A stretch of 64,000 nucleotides of DNA, taken from NCBI GenBank assembly GCA_905480075.1, contig CAJQOX010000088.1, positions 7,675 to 71,674 on the forward strand, read 5' to 3'. The DNA comes from an uncultured Aureispira sp. (GTDB lineage: Bacteria; Bacteroidota; Bacteroidia; Chitinophagales; Saprospiraceae). How positions within the stretch are numbered: the stretch's first letter is position 1; every line of letters starts with the position of its first letter. Below are positions 19,529-29,262 of the stretch, piece by piece. Under the pieces are notes generated by a model, which made no database searches, was not told the origin of the DNA, and saw nothing but the letters and a program-made list of their open reading frames with translations. Both the position numbers and the translations under genes were made by a program.

Positions 19529-21628
19529 ATGAAAAAAATACTTTGTATACTGCTGCTGTTTGTATTTCTGAGCGAAACCTATTCACAGGATATCCCGCTG
19601 TGGTTCAGCGACGATTTCAAAGACAATGTGAACCGATGGTATATGGTGGAGGAATACGGTGAGAAAACCTACCATAATGCGCTTTTTGTCAACGATGAAA
19701 AGGACTTCAGACTCGTGGCGCAATTCAATACGGAAGATCTGTTCTTCTCTGCAAAAAATGAAAAATATGGTCTTTCATGGGGCCGCAAAGACCTCTATAA
19801 GTATTTTCATTTCGAGGTCAACAGCAAAAAGCAATTCAGAATAGGCTATGTGAAAGGCAAGGATTTTAATTCTGTCGAAGCCTGGAGCAAAAAACAAAAG
19901 TGTATAACTGAGGCTGTCAATGTGCTGGAAGTCAGAAAAAAAGGCCCGGACTGGCTTTTTTATATCAACGACAAAATGGTCAGCAAAATGCCGGCAAGGT
20001 CTTTTGATTTCAGTGGCATTGCACTCAAATCTTCTTCACCTGATGTGGTGTTCAACTCTTTTTCCATCTATCAGGATATGGGGCCCGTCAATTTGGTGAA
20101 GGGCATCGATATAGCTGAAAATACGGAAAGAAAAAATCTCGGAAATCTGGTGAACAGCCGCTTTGTAGATAAGTCTCCCAGTATCAGCCCGGATGGAAAG
20201 ACCCTTTACTTTGTCCGCGAAGATGCAGACGATGGCTTCGGCGGACAGGATATATATTTCAGCCGCCGCAAGGACAACGGAGAATGGGAAAAGGCAGAAA
20301 ATATCGACAGACCGCTCAATAACAGGGCAAATAATTTTGTCAATTCCGTCATGCCCGATAATAATACCCTGATGACCATAAACAGCTATCAGCGCAGCAG
20401 CAATGACGAGGTGCTTGCCTTTACTTACCGCACAAAGGATGGATGGTCCTCTCCAACAGGCAAAAGCATCCGAAAATTACAACATGTAGGCCGGTGGGTC
20501 TCCTTCGACCTCGCTGCAGATGGCAAAACGCTGGTCTTTTCTATGAAACGCCCCGATACGCATGGCGGAAGAGACCTCTATGTGAGCTTTTTGCAAAAGG
20601 ATGGCAATTTTTCGCTGCCCCGTAACCTGGGAACCACACTCAATACCTCCGGCAATGAACACTCGCCCTTTATGGCAGCAGATGGCAAGACCCTCTATTT
20701 TGATACAGACGGCCACCCGGGCTATGGCGGCAGGGATATTTTTATGTCCAAACGCCTCGATGACAGCTGGACGAACTGGTCGGTACCCCAAAATCTGGGA
20801 CCGGGAATAAACACAAAAGGGGCTGACGAAAGCCTCGTTCTGCCCGCCTCAGGTGAATTTGCCTACTTTGTTTCCGACAAAAAATCCTTCGGCGCCTATG
20901 ATATCTACAGCCTTAAATTGCCACAGGCCCTTAAGCCGGAACCGACATCGATTATTAGCGGTTATGTGGTTAATTGTCTGAACCAAAGAGGTATTGAAAC
21001 TAAAATTCACGTGTACAAAAACGGGTTGCCCGATGAAGATGCCTATGCCCGTTCAAGTCCTGTTAACGGAGCCTTTAAGTTGGCCCTCGCCGGCGGTGCA
21101 AAATATATGATCATCGCTGAATACAATAAAGAACTCGAAACTTCAAATGCCGATACCATATATATTGACCTTTCAGATTTGGATAAATACGAAGAAAGAG
21201 AGCTGCAACCTATTTGTTTACAAAAGAAAAAGAAAGTCGAGGAACCGGCGAAAATCCCTATCCGTGCCCAAAACTCACATACCCCTGTTTTCGAATCGGT
21301 CTATTTTCAATACGATAAACATGTTCTTGACAATGATGCTTTGAATATTCTCAATAAGATGGTCGATACGCTGAAGGCCTATCCCGATTTTTTTGTAGAA
21401 GTACTCGGACATACCGATAGTAATGGTTCGCATCTGTATAACCTTTCTCTGGCAATGAACAGAACAACTTCGGTTATTGCCTTCCTCGAAAAAAACGGTA
21501 TACCTTCCTCCCGTCTTCTGTTTAAAGGTTTTGGCGAAACAAAGCCTGTTGAGGATAACCTCACTCATTCAGGTCGTGCAAAAAACCGTAGAGTGGAGTT
21601 TGTGGCCGTCCAAAAAAAAAGTAGTTAA
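19529..21628 (+). CDS. OmpA family protein with TolB-like PD40 repeats
   Basis: Signal peptide from the ATG at 19529 (MKKILCILLLFVFL). Repeated SPDGKTLYF / AADGKTL PD40-type motifs. C-terminal OmpA domain (VEVLGHTDSNGS..YNLSLAMNRT..NRRVEF). Confidence 0.75.
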   Translation: MKKILCILLLFVFLSETYSQDIPLWFSDDFKDNVNRWYMVEEYGEKTYHNALFVNDEKDFRLVAQFNTEDLFFSAKNEKYGLSWGRKDLYKYFHFEVNSKKQFRIGYVKGKDFNSVEAWSKKQKCITEAVNVLEVRKKGPDWLFYINDKMVSKMPARSFDFSGIALKSSSPDVVFNSFSIYQDMGPVNLVKGIDIAENTERKNLGNLVNSRFVDKSPSISPDGKTLYFVREDADDGFGGQDIYFSRRKDNGEWEKAENIDRPLNNRANNFVNSVMPDNNTLMTINSYQRSSNDEVLAFTYRTKDGWSSPTGKSIRKLQHVGRWVSFDLAADGKTLVFSMKRPDTHGGRDLYVSFLQKDGNFSLPRNLGTTLNTSGNEHSPFMAADGKTLYFDTDGHPGYGGRDIFMSKRLDDSWTNWSVPQNLGPGINTKGADESLVLPASGEFAYFVSDKKSFGAYDIYSLKLPQALKPEPTSIISGYVVNCLNQRGIETKIHVYKNGLPDEDAYARSSPVNGAFKLALAGGAKYMIIAEYNKELETSNADTIYIDLSDLDKYEERELQPICLQKKKKVEEPAKIPIRAQNSHTPVFESVYFQYDKHVLDNDALNILNKMVDTLKAYPDFFVEVLGHTDSNGSHLYNLSLAMNRTTSVIAFLEKNGIPSSRLLFKGFGETKPVEDNLTHSGRAKNRRVEFVAVQKKSS

Positions 21629-21819
21629 GCCATCCGTATTTATTGCCGGTCCTTGATGCAAAAACGGCACTTCCATTGTTTTTACTATGTCAGATTTTTA
21701 TTCTGATAGTTCAGATTTCTGATTAAAATCTTATATTTATAATCACGCCATCTTTAATTGTCATATCATTTTTTTGAATTGATATTCCTGAAGCTTGTTT
21801 TTACTAAAATATTAAGATC

Positions 21820-24726
21820 ATGAAGGGAACTTTACTTGTTTTTGCATTTTGCCTTTTCTCTATTCCGATTATAAATGCTCAATTGCTGAATATTACGATA
21901 GATTCGCCCCTGCAATGCTACGGCGATTCGAATGGGGTGGTAACAGCTTATGGCAATGGGCCTGGCTTTTATCAATGGTCAGATGCTGCCGGGTTGTTTT
22001 ATCAGGATACTTCCGGGACAGTAAGCGGCCTGGCTGCGGGAACCTATTTTGTAGAGTTTTCAGATACGAATATTGTTTTTTGGATGGATACGGTCATACT
22101 GTCTCAGCCACCTTTGATATCTTCTTTCGACACACTTTATTCCTGCGATTCCTTGTTCTTCCAAAGCAGCTGGTATTTCTCTTCAGTTACTGTAATAGAT
22201 ACGCTTACAGCTTTTAATTCCTGCGATTCTATTGCAACAACCTTTATTGATATTAGCGATACAATTTCTCCCACTGCCCTTTGTCAGAACCTTACGGTTT
22301 ATCTCGATAGCCTGGGGAACGGGTCGATAAGCATCAATGCCTACGAAATTGCCAATTCCTCGGCCGAATTCTCCGGAGTACAGGGACAGAACGGCTGGGA
22401 ATACGGGGTCTATCCCGCTTTTAATGCAGCTGCCTATACGCAGTTGACAGGCTTTACGGGTTTTGTGTGGAATAATCCCGGGGCGGGGGCTGTTCTCGAT
22501 TTTCCACAGATAGATTCCTTTGGTGGTCATCCTCAATTCGAAGGACTCCGTTGGGCCGTCCGACGGTGGGTTTCCGATCATAATGGCCTTGTCACTATAT
22601 CGGGGGATTTCTATGACCGCGACCTTGGCGGTGGCGACGGGGCAAATGTCCGGGTATTTAAGAATGGTGCGCAGGTCTACGAATACCTCAATATTCCTGG
22701 CAATGCAGTTCCTTATTCTATCAGTATGAACGTGCTTGCAGGCGATAGCATAGATTTTATTATCGACCCTAAATTTGATGCTTCCAATGACGACACACAT
22801 TTTACAGCGCTTATAATGGCAGAGGGGATCAGCAATGGTTCCTATGATAATTGTACAATAGCCTCAGCAATTGCATCAAAAACAAACTTTTCCTGTGCCG
22901 ACTTTGGATTAAATCAGGTAATGCTTACAGTAACGGATGGCTACGGAAATACAAATAGCTGCACCGCAATGATCACGGTTGCCGGGGCCTCAGGAATAAG
23001 GAACGATACGCTTTCTTCCTGCGATTCGGTTCAGTTCAATTCCAACTGGTATTTTTCCTCTGTGGTTCTTGCCGATACTGTCCCCGTGTCTGGAGGCTGC
23101 GATTCTATTACTTTTACGCATATTATTATTTCAGATACCACAAACCCGATGGCCCTCTGTCAGAATCATACAGTATATCTTGATTCTTCCGGACAGGCTG
23201 CACTGACTGCAGCAAGTCTTGATGCAGGTTCCACCGATAATTGTTCTGTTGCTTCCCTGTCCTTGTCGGTCAATAGCTTTGACTGTTCTTCTCTTGGTGT
23301 AAATGCTGTCACTCTTATTGTGACGGATAATTTTGGCAATTCGGGCAGTTGTCTGTCTTCGGTCACCTTGCTCGATACTATTGCACCCACTGTAAGCTGT
23401 AAAAACCTGACGATTCAGCTCGATAGTTCCGGCAATGCCCTCCTGCTGGGTGAAGATACTGAAATTGCCAATTCCTCGGCCGAATTTTCCGGTGTGCAGG
23501 GGCAGGATGGCTGGGAATACGGTGCTTATCCGGCCTTCAGTGCTTCTTCCTATGCTCCCTTGCCCAATTATACAGGTTCTGTCTGGAACAATCCCGGAAC
23601 AACTCTCGACTTTCCGCAGATAGACCCGAATGGGGGGCACCCTCAGTTTGAGGGGCTCAGATGGGCTGTCCGCCGATGGGTCTCCGATCATAACGGTCCG
23701 GTGATCCTGAATGGCGATTTCTACGACCGTGACCTCGGTGGTGGCGATGGGGCAAATGTCCGGATATTCAGAAACGGGATTCAGGTTTATGAATACCTTG
23801 ACATTCCCGGGACCTCCGTTCCCTATTCTCTGAACCTGCATCTGACCTATGGAGATAAACTGGACTTTATCATCGACCCCAAATTTGATGCGGCCAATGA
23901 TGATACACATTTTTCTGCTGTAATTACGGCGCAGGGTATTAATGATGCTTCCCTGGATAATTGTGACATTGCTTCAGCTGTTCCTTCCCTTACTGCCTTC
24001 AGTTGTGCGGATATTGGGTCAAATACGGTTACACTTACCGTAACTGACAGCAGTGGAAATTCTTCATCCTGTCAGGCCTCCGTTCTTATCGATAAGTATA
24101 TTCACGAAATCACCGATTCGGTAGTGGCCTGTAATTCCTATACATGGATAGATGGCAACACCTATACATCAGACAATGATACATCCACATTCGCACTTTC
24201 GGGAAGTATCTGTGCTGATACCCTCATAAGATTGAAACTAAGCATCAATACGGCAGATACTTCTGTCATTCAAAACGGGACAATATTCACGGCAAATGCT
24301 TCGAACGCCTCCTTTCAGTGGCTCGATTGTAACGGCAACATTCCTTTGACGGGAGACACGAGTCAGACTTTTAATGCGGCAGTCAACGGCAGTTATGCCC
24401 TTGTGGTCAGTCAAAACGGATGCGTGGACACTTCTGCCTGCTTCACAGTTACAGGTCTTGGTTTTACAGAAAGGGGTGCAGGACATTCTTTCTCCCTTTA
24501 TCCGAACCCTACTGACGGGATGCTTAATATTGAATCGGGCAGTCTGTATGAGGAAATAAGGGTTTCTGTCCTAAGTGTCAATGGTATTTTGCTAAGAAAG
24601 GTTGTTTATAAAAATGCTTCACAGCTTAAACTGAATGTGAAAGATCTGCTGCCCGGAATGTATCTGATAGAATTGCAGGATGAAAAGGGGCAACGCTCCT
24701 TTTTTAAAGTTGTCAGAAGAAAGTGA
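21820..24726 (+). CDS. T9SS-secreted multi-domain surface protein (SprB/HYR-like Ig modules plus a duplicated unknown module)
   Basis: Signal peptide, a CYGDSNG SprB-repeat-like start, HYR-like modules (P[TM]ALCQN.TVYLDS ... DNC..AS), two copies of an unassigned module, and a C-terminal Por secretion tail (FSLYPNPTDGMLNIE...LIELQDEKG). Confidence 0.75.
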   Translation: MKGTLLVFAFCLFSIPIINAQLLNITIDSPLQCYGDSNGVVTAYGNGPGFYQWSDAAGLFYQDTSGTVSGLAAGTYFVEFSDTNIVFWMDTVILSQPPLISSFDTLYSCDSLFFQSSWYFSSVTVIDTLTAFNSCDSIATTFIDISDTISPTALCQNLTVYLDSLGNGSISINAYEIANSSAEFSGVQGQNGWEYGVYPAFNAAAYTQLTGFTGFVWNNPGAGAVLDFPQIDSFGGHPQFEGLRWAVRRWVSDHNGLVTISGDFYDRDLGGGDGANVRVFKNGAQVYEYLNIPGNAVPYSISMNVLAGDSIDFIIDPKFDASNDDTHFTALIMAEGISNGSYDNCTIASAIASKTNFSCADFGLNQVMLTVTDGYGNTNSCTAMITVAGASGIRNDTLSSCDSVQFNSNWYFSSVVLADTVPVSGGCDSITFTHIIISDTTNPMALCQNHTVYLDSSGQAALTAASLDAGSTDNCSVASLSLSVNSFDCSSLGVNAVTLIVTDNFGNSGSCLSSVTLLDTIAPTVSCKNLTIQLDSSGNALLLGEDTEIANSSAEFSGVQGQDGWEYGAYPAFSASSYAPLPNYTGSVWNNPGTTLDFPQIDPNGGHPQFEGLRWAVRRWVSDHNGPVILNGDFYDRDLGGGDGANVRIFRNGIQVYEYLDIPGTSVPYSLNLHLTYGDKLDFIIDPKFDAANDDTHFSAVITAQGINDASLDNCDIASAVPSLTAFSCADIGSNTVTLTVTDSSGNSSSCQASVLIDKYIHEITDSVVACNSYTWIDGNTYTSDNDTSTFALSGSICADTLIRLKLSINTADTSVIQNGTIFTANASNASFQWLDCNGNIPLTGDTSQTFNAAVNGSYALVVSQNGCVDTSACFTVTGLGFTERGAGHSFSLYPNPTDGMLNIESGSLYEEIRVSVLSVNGILLRKVVYKNASQLKLNVKDLLPGMYLIELQDEKGQRSFFKVVRRK
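22345..22977 (+). repeat. Intragenic duplication, copy 1 (unknown module plus the distal half of an Ig-like module)
   Basis: About aa 176-386. It aligns colinearly with aa 548-756 (EIANSSAEFSGVQGQ.GWEYG ... DPKFDA.NDDTHF ... DNC.IASA). Confidence 0.85.
23461..24087 (+). repeat. Intragenic duplication, copy 2
   Basis: See copy 1. The stretch GGHPQFEGLRWAVRRWVSDHNG is identical in protein while 14 of its 22 codons differ, all synonymously. Confidence 0.85.
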
Positions 24727-24737
24727 TTGTTGATAAA

Positions 24738-24779
24738 ATAAAAAAGAGCTGAACGGATAATTCTGTTCAGCTCTTTTGT
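24738..24779. terminator. Bidirectional rho-independent terminator between convergent genes
   Basis: AGAGCTGAAC (24745-24754) pairs with GTTCAGCTCT (24765-24774). The stem is flanked by an A-run and a T-run. Confidence 0.75.
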
Positions 24780-24787
24780 TTGTCAGC

Positions 24788-26650
24788 TTACCTTCCAACA
24801 TATACCAACAGTACAGAAACATCAGCGGGCGATACACCACTGATTCTGCTTGCCTGACCAATAGTGGCCGGTTTGAGGCTGTTCAGCTTTTCTACTGCCT
24901 CGGAAGAAAGTCCCTTGATACTAGCATAATCTATGCTTTCGTAGAGTTTTACATTCTCTAATCTGTTGATCTTTTCCACCTGATCTTTTTCCTTGCGGAT
25001 ATAGCCCTCGTATTTCAGGTTTATCTCTGCACAGTTGACAAATTCATCCTCGAATTTACTCATAAAGGCTTCTACCTTCGGAATAGCTTTCCTGAAATCC
25101 CTGATACTCATATTCGGCCGGAGCAGGATCTTATGCATCTTCATTTTTTGCTTCAGCGGGGCAGAGTTTTTCTCTGCCAAAACACGGTCGATCTCTTCCG
25201 GTGACACGCTGAAGTTGTGAATGAACTCAGCAATTTTATCATAGGAGGCCACCTTTTTCTTTACTCTTTCCATTCTGTCGGAAACATCAATGCCGAGCTT
25301 TTCAGCAAGGTGCGTTAGCCTGACGTCCGAGTTGTCCTGACGAAGCAATATCCGGTGTTCTGCCCTTGAGGTAAACATGCGGTAGGGTTCTTTTGTGCCT
25401 TTATTGATCAGGTCATCTATCAGCACCCCGATATAGGCCTCAGAACGTTTCAGTATAAAGGGATCCTCTTCTTTTATCTTCAGGTGTGCATTGATACCGG
25501 CCATCAATCCCTGTGCACCTGCTTCCTCGTAGCCTGTCGTGCCGTTTATTTGCCCGGCAAAGAACAGGTTCTCTACCAATCTTGTTTCCAGGGATACCTT
25601 CAGTTGAGTCGGCTGAAAAAAGTCGTATTCTATGGCATAGCCCGGACGGAACATTTTGGCGTTTTCAAATCCGGGAATCAGTTTCATTGCTTTGTATTGA
25701 ACATCTTCCGGCAAAGAGCTCGAAAATCCGTTTACATAAACCTCGCAGGTTTCCCAGCCTTCAGGTTCTATGAACAACTGATGACGGTCCTTATCGGCAA
25801 AGCGTTCGATCTTATCCTCAATAGAAGGACAATAACGCGGGCCAATACCTTTGATACGTCCCGTAAACAATGGAGATTGTTCAAAGCCTGTTTTCAGGAT
25901 TTCGTGTACCGCTTTGTTGGTATAAGTAATATGGCAAGGACGTTGGGTTTTTAATTTTGGAGTGTCTGTAAAAGAAAACTTGCCGGCAGGGTCGTCGCCA
26001 GGCTGCACCTCCATGATATCCCAATTTAGTGTTCTCCCATCAACTCTTGCAGGGGTACCCGTTTTCATCCGGTCTGCCTCAAAGCCCAGTTCCATCAGCT
26101 GTGCCGTAATACCTGTAGAAGCTCTTTCGCCGGCACGGCCTGCACTGATTTTGCGTTCGCCTATATGAATGATGCCATTCAGGAAGGTGCCATTTGTCAG
26201 AATAACGGTCTTTGCAGGGATTTCCAGCCCCAAAGAAGTTTTTACTCCAGTCACTCGGCCATCTTTTACTACGATTCCCATGACCATTTCCTGCCAGAAA
26301 GACACATTCGGATGGGCCTCCAGCATCATTCTCCACTTCTCTGCAAAACGCATCCGGTCGCTTTGTGCCCTTGGACTCCACATAGCCGGCCCTTTCGAGA
26401 GGTTCAGCATGCGGAACTGTATCATTGTATGGTCGGTGACAATACCCGAGTAGCCGCCGAGGGCATCAATTTCCCGCACTATCTGCCCCTTTGCCACGCC
26501 GCCCATTGCCGGGTTGCAGGACATTTTGGCTATAGTCTCCATGTTCATAGTGACCAACAGTACTTTTGAACCCATATTGGCTGCTGCTGTTGCTGCTTCG
26601 CAACCTGCATGACCGCCACCTACTACAATTACATCATATTCCGGAAACAT
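24788..26650 (-). CDS. mnmG: tRNA uridine 5-carboxymethylaminomethyl modification enzyme
   Basis: N-terminus YDVIVVGGGHAGCEAA, a 620-aa GidA/MnmG-type sequence and a conserved C-terminal GQASRISGVSPADVSVL block. Confidence 0.95.
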   Translation of the reverse strand: MFPEYDVIVVGGGHAGCEAATAAANMGSKVLLVTMNMETIAKMSCNPAMGGVAKGQIVREIDALGGYSGIVTDHTMIQFRMLNLSKGPAMWSPRAQSDRMRFAEKWRMMLEAHPNVSFWQEMVMGIVVKDGRVTGVKTSLGLEIPAKTVILTNGTFLNGIIHIGERKISAGRAGERASTGITAQLMELGFEADRMKTGTPARVDGRTLNWDIMEVQPGDDPAGKFSFTDTPKLKTQRPCHITYTNKAVHEILKTGFEQSPLFTGRIKGIGPRYCPSIEDKIERFADKDRHQLFIEPEGWETCEVYVNGFSSSLPEDVQYKAMKLIPGFENAKMFRPGYAIEYDFFQPTQLKVSLETRLVENLFFAGQINGTTGYEEAGAQGLMAGINAHLKIKEEDPFILKRSEAYIGVLIDDLINKGTKEPYRMFTSRAEHRILLRQDNSDVRLTHLAEKLGIDVSDRMERVKKKVASYDKIAEFIHNFSVSPEEIDRVLAEKNSAPLKQKMKMHKILLRPNMSIRDFRKAIPKVEAFMSKFEDEFVNCAEINLKYEGYIRKEKDQVEKINRLENVKLYESIDYASIKGLSSEAVEKLNSLKPATIGQASRISGVSPADVSVLLVYVGR

Positions 26651-26981
26651 TTCTTAAATTTTATAAAGTTATGACACTCTTTTTTTTACAAAGATATAAA
26701 TTAGTATTGTTTAAATCAATTAACCGGCTCTAATTGAATAAAGTTGCAATTCAGCTAAAAAAGTAAAAACTATTTAAGAGAGAAATTTTTATAGTGGATT
26801 TTTTTTTATTTGAAAAACGTAAAAAAAATGTAATTAATTGATTATAAAGGTTCTTTTGATGAATATAAAAAAATATTGATCAACAAAATTGAGTGAATGT
26901 TATAGTGTTCAAAGTCTTGTTGACCTGTTTTTGAAGGGTAAAAGACATATGCATTTTTCAATTTAATAAAATTCTGCCATT

Positions 26982-28232
26982 ATGTTTAGGACTAAAAGTT
27001 GTTTCTTTCTTGCCCTGATAATGTATTTGACCGCCTGTGATAAAGATGATCCGGTCCCACCGAACCTGTCCAATTCCTCAGGTTCTGTAACTACGTCACT
27101 GTTGGTTTCTGCCAATACACAATTTGCCCTCGACCTCTACAAAGAGGTAGTTGATCAGGATAAAAATCAGGTTTTGTCTCCTTTTAGTATCTCTTCTGCC
27201 TTGGCTATGACCTATGCAGGGGCAAATGCCAATACGGCTGCTGAAATGCAAAATGTTTTCGGGTTTTTTCCATCCAACAGCTTTCATCAGGACTTCAATA
27301 GCCTTAGCAATCAGATAGAAAGCAATGTCAACAGTCCTGACAGCAGTGAGATAAATGTGGTGAATAAAATATGGAGAAATCAGGACATTTCCTTTCTGCC
27401 CGATTTTAATAATATCATGACACAGGATTATCAGGCCCCTGTGGATGTTACTGATTTTTCACAGGCCGCCACAGCCCGTCAGCTGATCAATCAGTGGGTG
27501 AACAATGAAACCCATAGTCTGATTCCCGATTTGTTGCCTTCGGGATTTATTACAAACAATACTAAGTCCGTTTTGGTCAATGCTGTATACTTTCAGGCGG
27601 ATTGGCTGCATCCGATGAATTTATTTACTCAGCGACAAGCCTTTACAACATCCGCCAATGTGGTGGATAGTGCTGATATGATGACAGGGAGTATTCCGGG
27701 AGCAGATATGAAATATACAGAAGATACAGAAGCCAAGGTGCTCGAGCTGTTTTTTGATGACAAGCAAAGTTCTATGCTATTTATTCTGCCCAAGGACCCT
27801 ACTGCAGGCATCGATTATTTTGTAAAGCAGATTCTGACAAGCAGCAGATTAGATCAGTGGATAGCTGACCTTGCCCCTGCCTATCCGGGGGCACATTTCA
27901 GCGTAAATATCCCCAAATGGGATTTCGGGTCCTCTTTCGATCTTGCTGAAACACTCGGAGCAATGGGAATGCCGGAAGCTTTCAGCAATAGTGCAGATTT
28001 TTCCAAAATGTCTTCCACTCCTCTTAAAATAGAGAAGGTCATCCACAAGGCGGTTATCAAAACCCATGAAAAAGGAGCTGAAGCAGCAGCAGCTACAGCG
28101 GTTGGCGTGGGGGTTACATCTTCCCCTAATATTTCAGGGTCTTTTACTGCCGACCGTCCCTTTGTTTATATTATCAAGGATACAGAAACCAATTCCATTC
28201 TCTTTATCGGACATGTACAGAATCCGAACTGA
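26982..28232 (+). CDS. Serpin family lipoprotein
   Basis: Lipobox LTAC. Serpin core blocks. Hinge/reactive-centre loop EKGAEAAAATAVGVGVTSSP followed by FTADRPFVYIIKD and ILFIGHVQNP. Confidence 0.85.
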   Translation: MFRTKSCFFLALIMYLTACDKDDPVPPNLSNSSGSVTTSLLVSANTQFALDLYKEVVDQDKNQVLSPFSISSALAMTYAGANANTAAEMQNVFGFFPSNSFHQDFNSLSNQIESNVNSPDSSEINVVNKIWRNQDISFLPDFNNIMTQDYQAPVDVTDFSQAATARQLINQWVNNETHSLIPDLLPSGFITNNTKSVLVNAVYFQADWLHPMNLFTQRQAFTTSANVVDSADMMTGSIPGADMKYTEDTEAKVLELFFDDKQSSMLFILPKDPTAGIDYFVKQILTSSRLDQWIADLAPAYPGAHFSVNIPKWDFGSSFDLAETLGAMGMPEAFSNSADFSKMSSTPLKIEKVIHKAVIKTHEKGAEAAAATAVGVGVTSSPNISGSFTADRPFVYIIKDTETNSILFIGHVQNPN

Positions 28233-28250
28233 TCTCTTATAAAATTTGCA

Positions 28251-28290
28251 AAAAAAAAGGCTGAAACCAAATCGGGTTTCAGCCTTTTTT
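28251..28290. terminator. Bidirectional rho-independent terminator
   Basis: GGCTGAAACC (28259-28268) pairs with GGTTTCAGCC (28275-28284). A8 lies upstream and T6 downstream. Confidence 0.8.
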
Positions 28291-28314
28291 AATTCCTGGA
28301 TAGTTCCCCGGGTC

Positions 28315-29130
28315 TTACTTTTTTATCAGAACATTTCCGACAGGACTTTCCTGATATTTAATTTCTGCCTCTGTCACCTCTTTACTGCCGGGTTTAGCAC
28401 CAAGTGCGATCGTTCCGGAAATGACTTCATCGGGCTGAATAACCTTTAAGGACCTGAAACTCGTTTTATTATGATATTTCCAATTCTGTCCCCCAAATTC
28501 AGATGTCCATTCAAAAGGGGAAAAGGCAATAGGGCTATTGGTAGGGTTGTGGGCTTTAAAAGGAACGATAAGAAGCTTTGAGCTTGCCTCGTTTTGTCTA
28601 CCGTTATAAAATGAAAAATGGGAATCTTTACTTAATTCGAAGCTAAGACCGGAGGTAGGTATCTCTATAACATCCTGTACAGTATCGAGTGCTGTTTTTC
28701 CTTCTACAATATATTGTAAGCGAACCCAATGAGGAATGTCGACAGGTTTCTTTGTGTGAAACATTGCCTCCTTTTGTGCTGTGGTGTTCTTAGAGGACAG
28801 TGTTCCGGGGTGAATACTAACTTGTAAAGGACCGACAGAACTCTCGGCAGCCCATTTTTGTCGGGAAGAACCTATTAATTTGTCTTTACCGGAAGTAGCA
28901 GGACGAATACTCCACTTAAAGAAAACAAAAACCCTTCCTTCTCCGTTTTTCCAGGCCCACACGGCGGTTTCTGTTTTTCCGATCCATTCAGGTATATGAT
29001 CTTTTTCCATGACAGGCTGCCCGGGCTTTTCAATATGTATAATAAAAGAAGGATGATTTTTTTCTGTGTCCGGGGCCGGGTTGAGACAGCCGAACAAGAA
29101 AAAGATCATCCCGAAAGCAACTACTTTCAT
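28315..29130 (-). CDS. Hypothetical lipoprotein
   Basis: Signal peptide with lipobox LFGC. No recognisable domain. Confidence 0.5.
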   Translation of the reverse strand: MKVVAFGMIFFLFGCLNPAPDTEKNHPSFIIHIEKPGQPVMEKDHIPEWIGKTETAVWAWKNGEGRVFVFFKWSIRPATSGKDKLIGSSRQKWAAESSVGPLQVSIHPGTLSSKNTTAQKEAMFHTKKPVDIPHWVRLQYIVEGKTALDTVQDVIEIPTSGLSFELSKDSHFSFYNGRQNEASSKLLIVPFKAHNPTNSPIAFSPFEWTSEFGGQNWKYHNKTSFRSLKVIQPDEVISGTIALGAKPGSKEVTEAEIKYQESPVGNVLIKK

Positions 29131-29262
29131 TTGTCTGGATAGTATAAAAAAATACAGGTTCCTTTCAGTTTATTAAACGGTACCCTGATCAAGTTCTTGA
29201 AAAGTACAGTTATAAATAGCAGAAACAGGCTTCAACTTTTTTCAACTGCTTATCCGAATAAA

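Noticed and set aside
22183-23910. Antisense ORFs of 205 aa (22183-22800) and 259 aa (23131-23910) inside the T9SS adhesin gene; the two resemble each other
   Set aside because: They resemble each other only because the underlying sense DNA is an internal duplication. Both are antisense to strongly conserved coding sequence, and no start or promoter context supports them.
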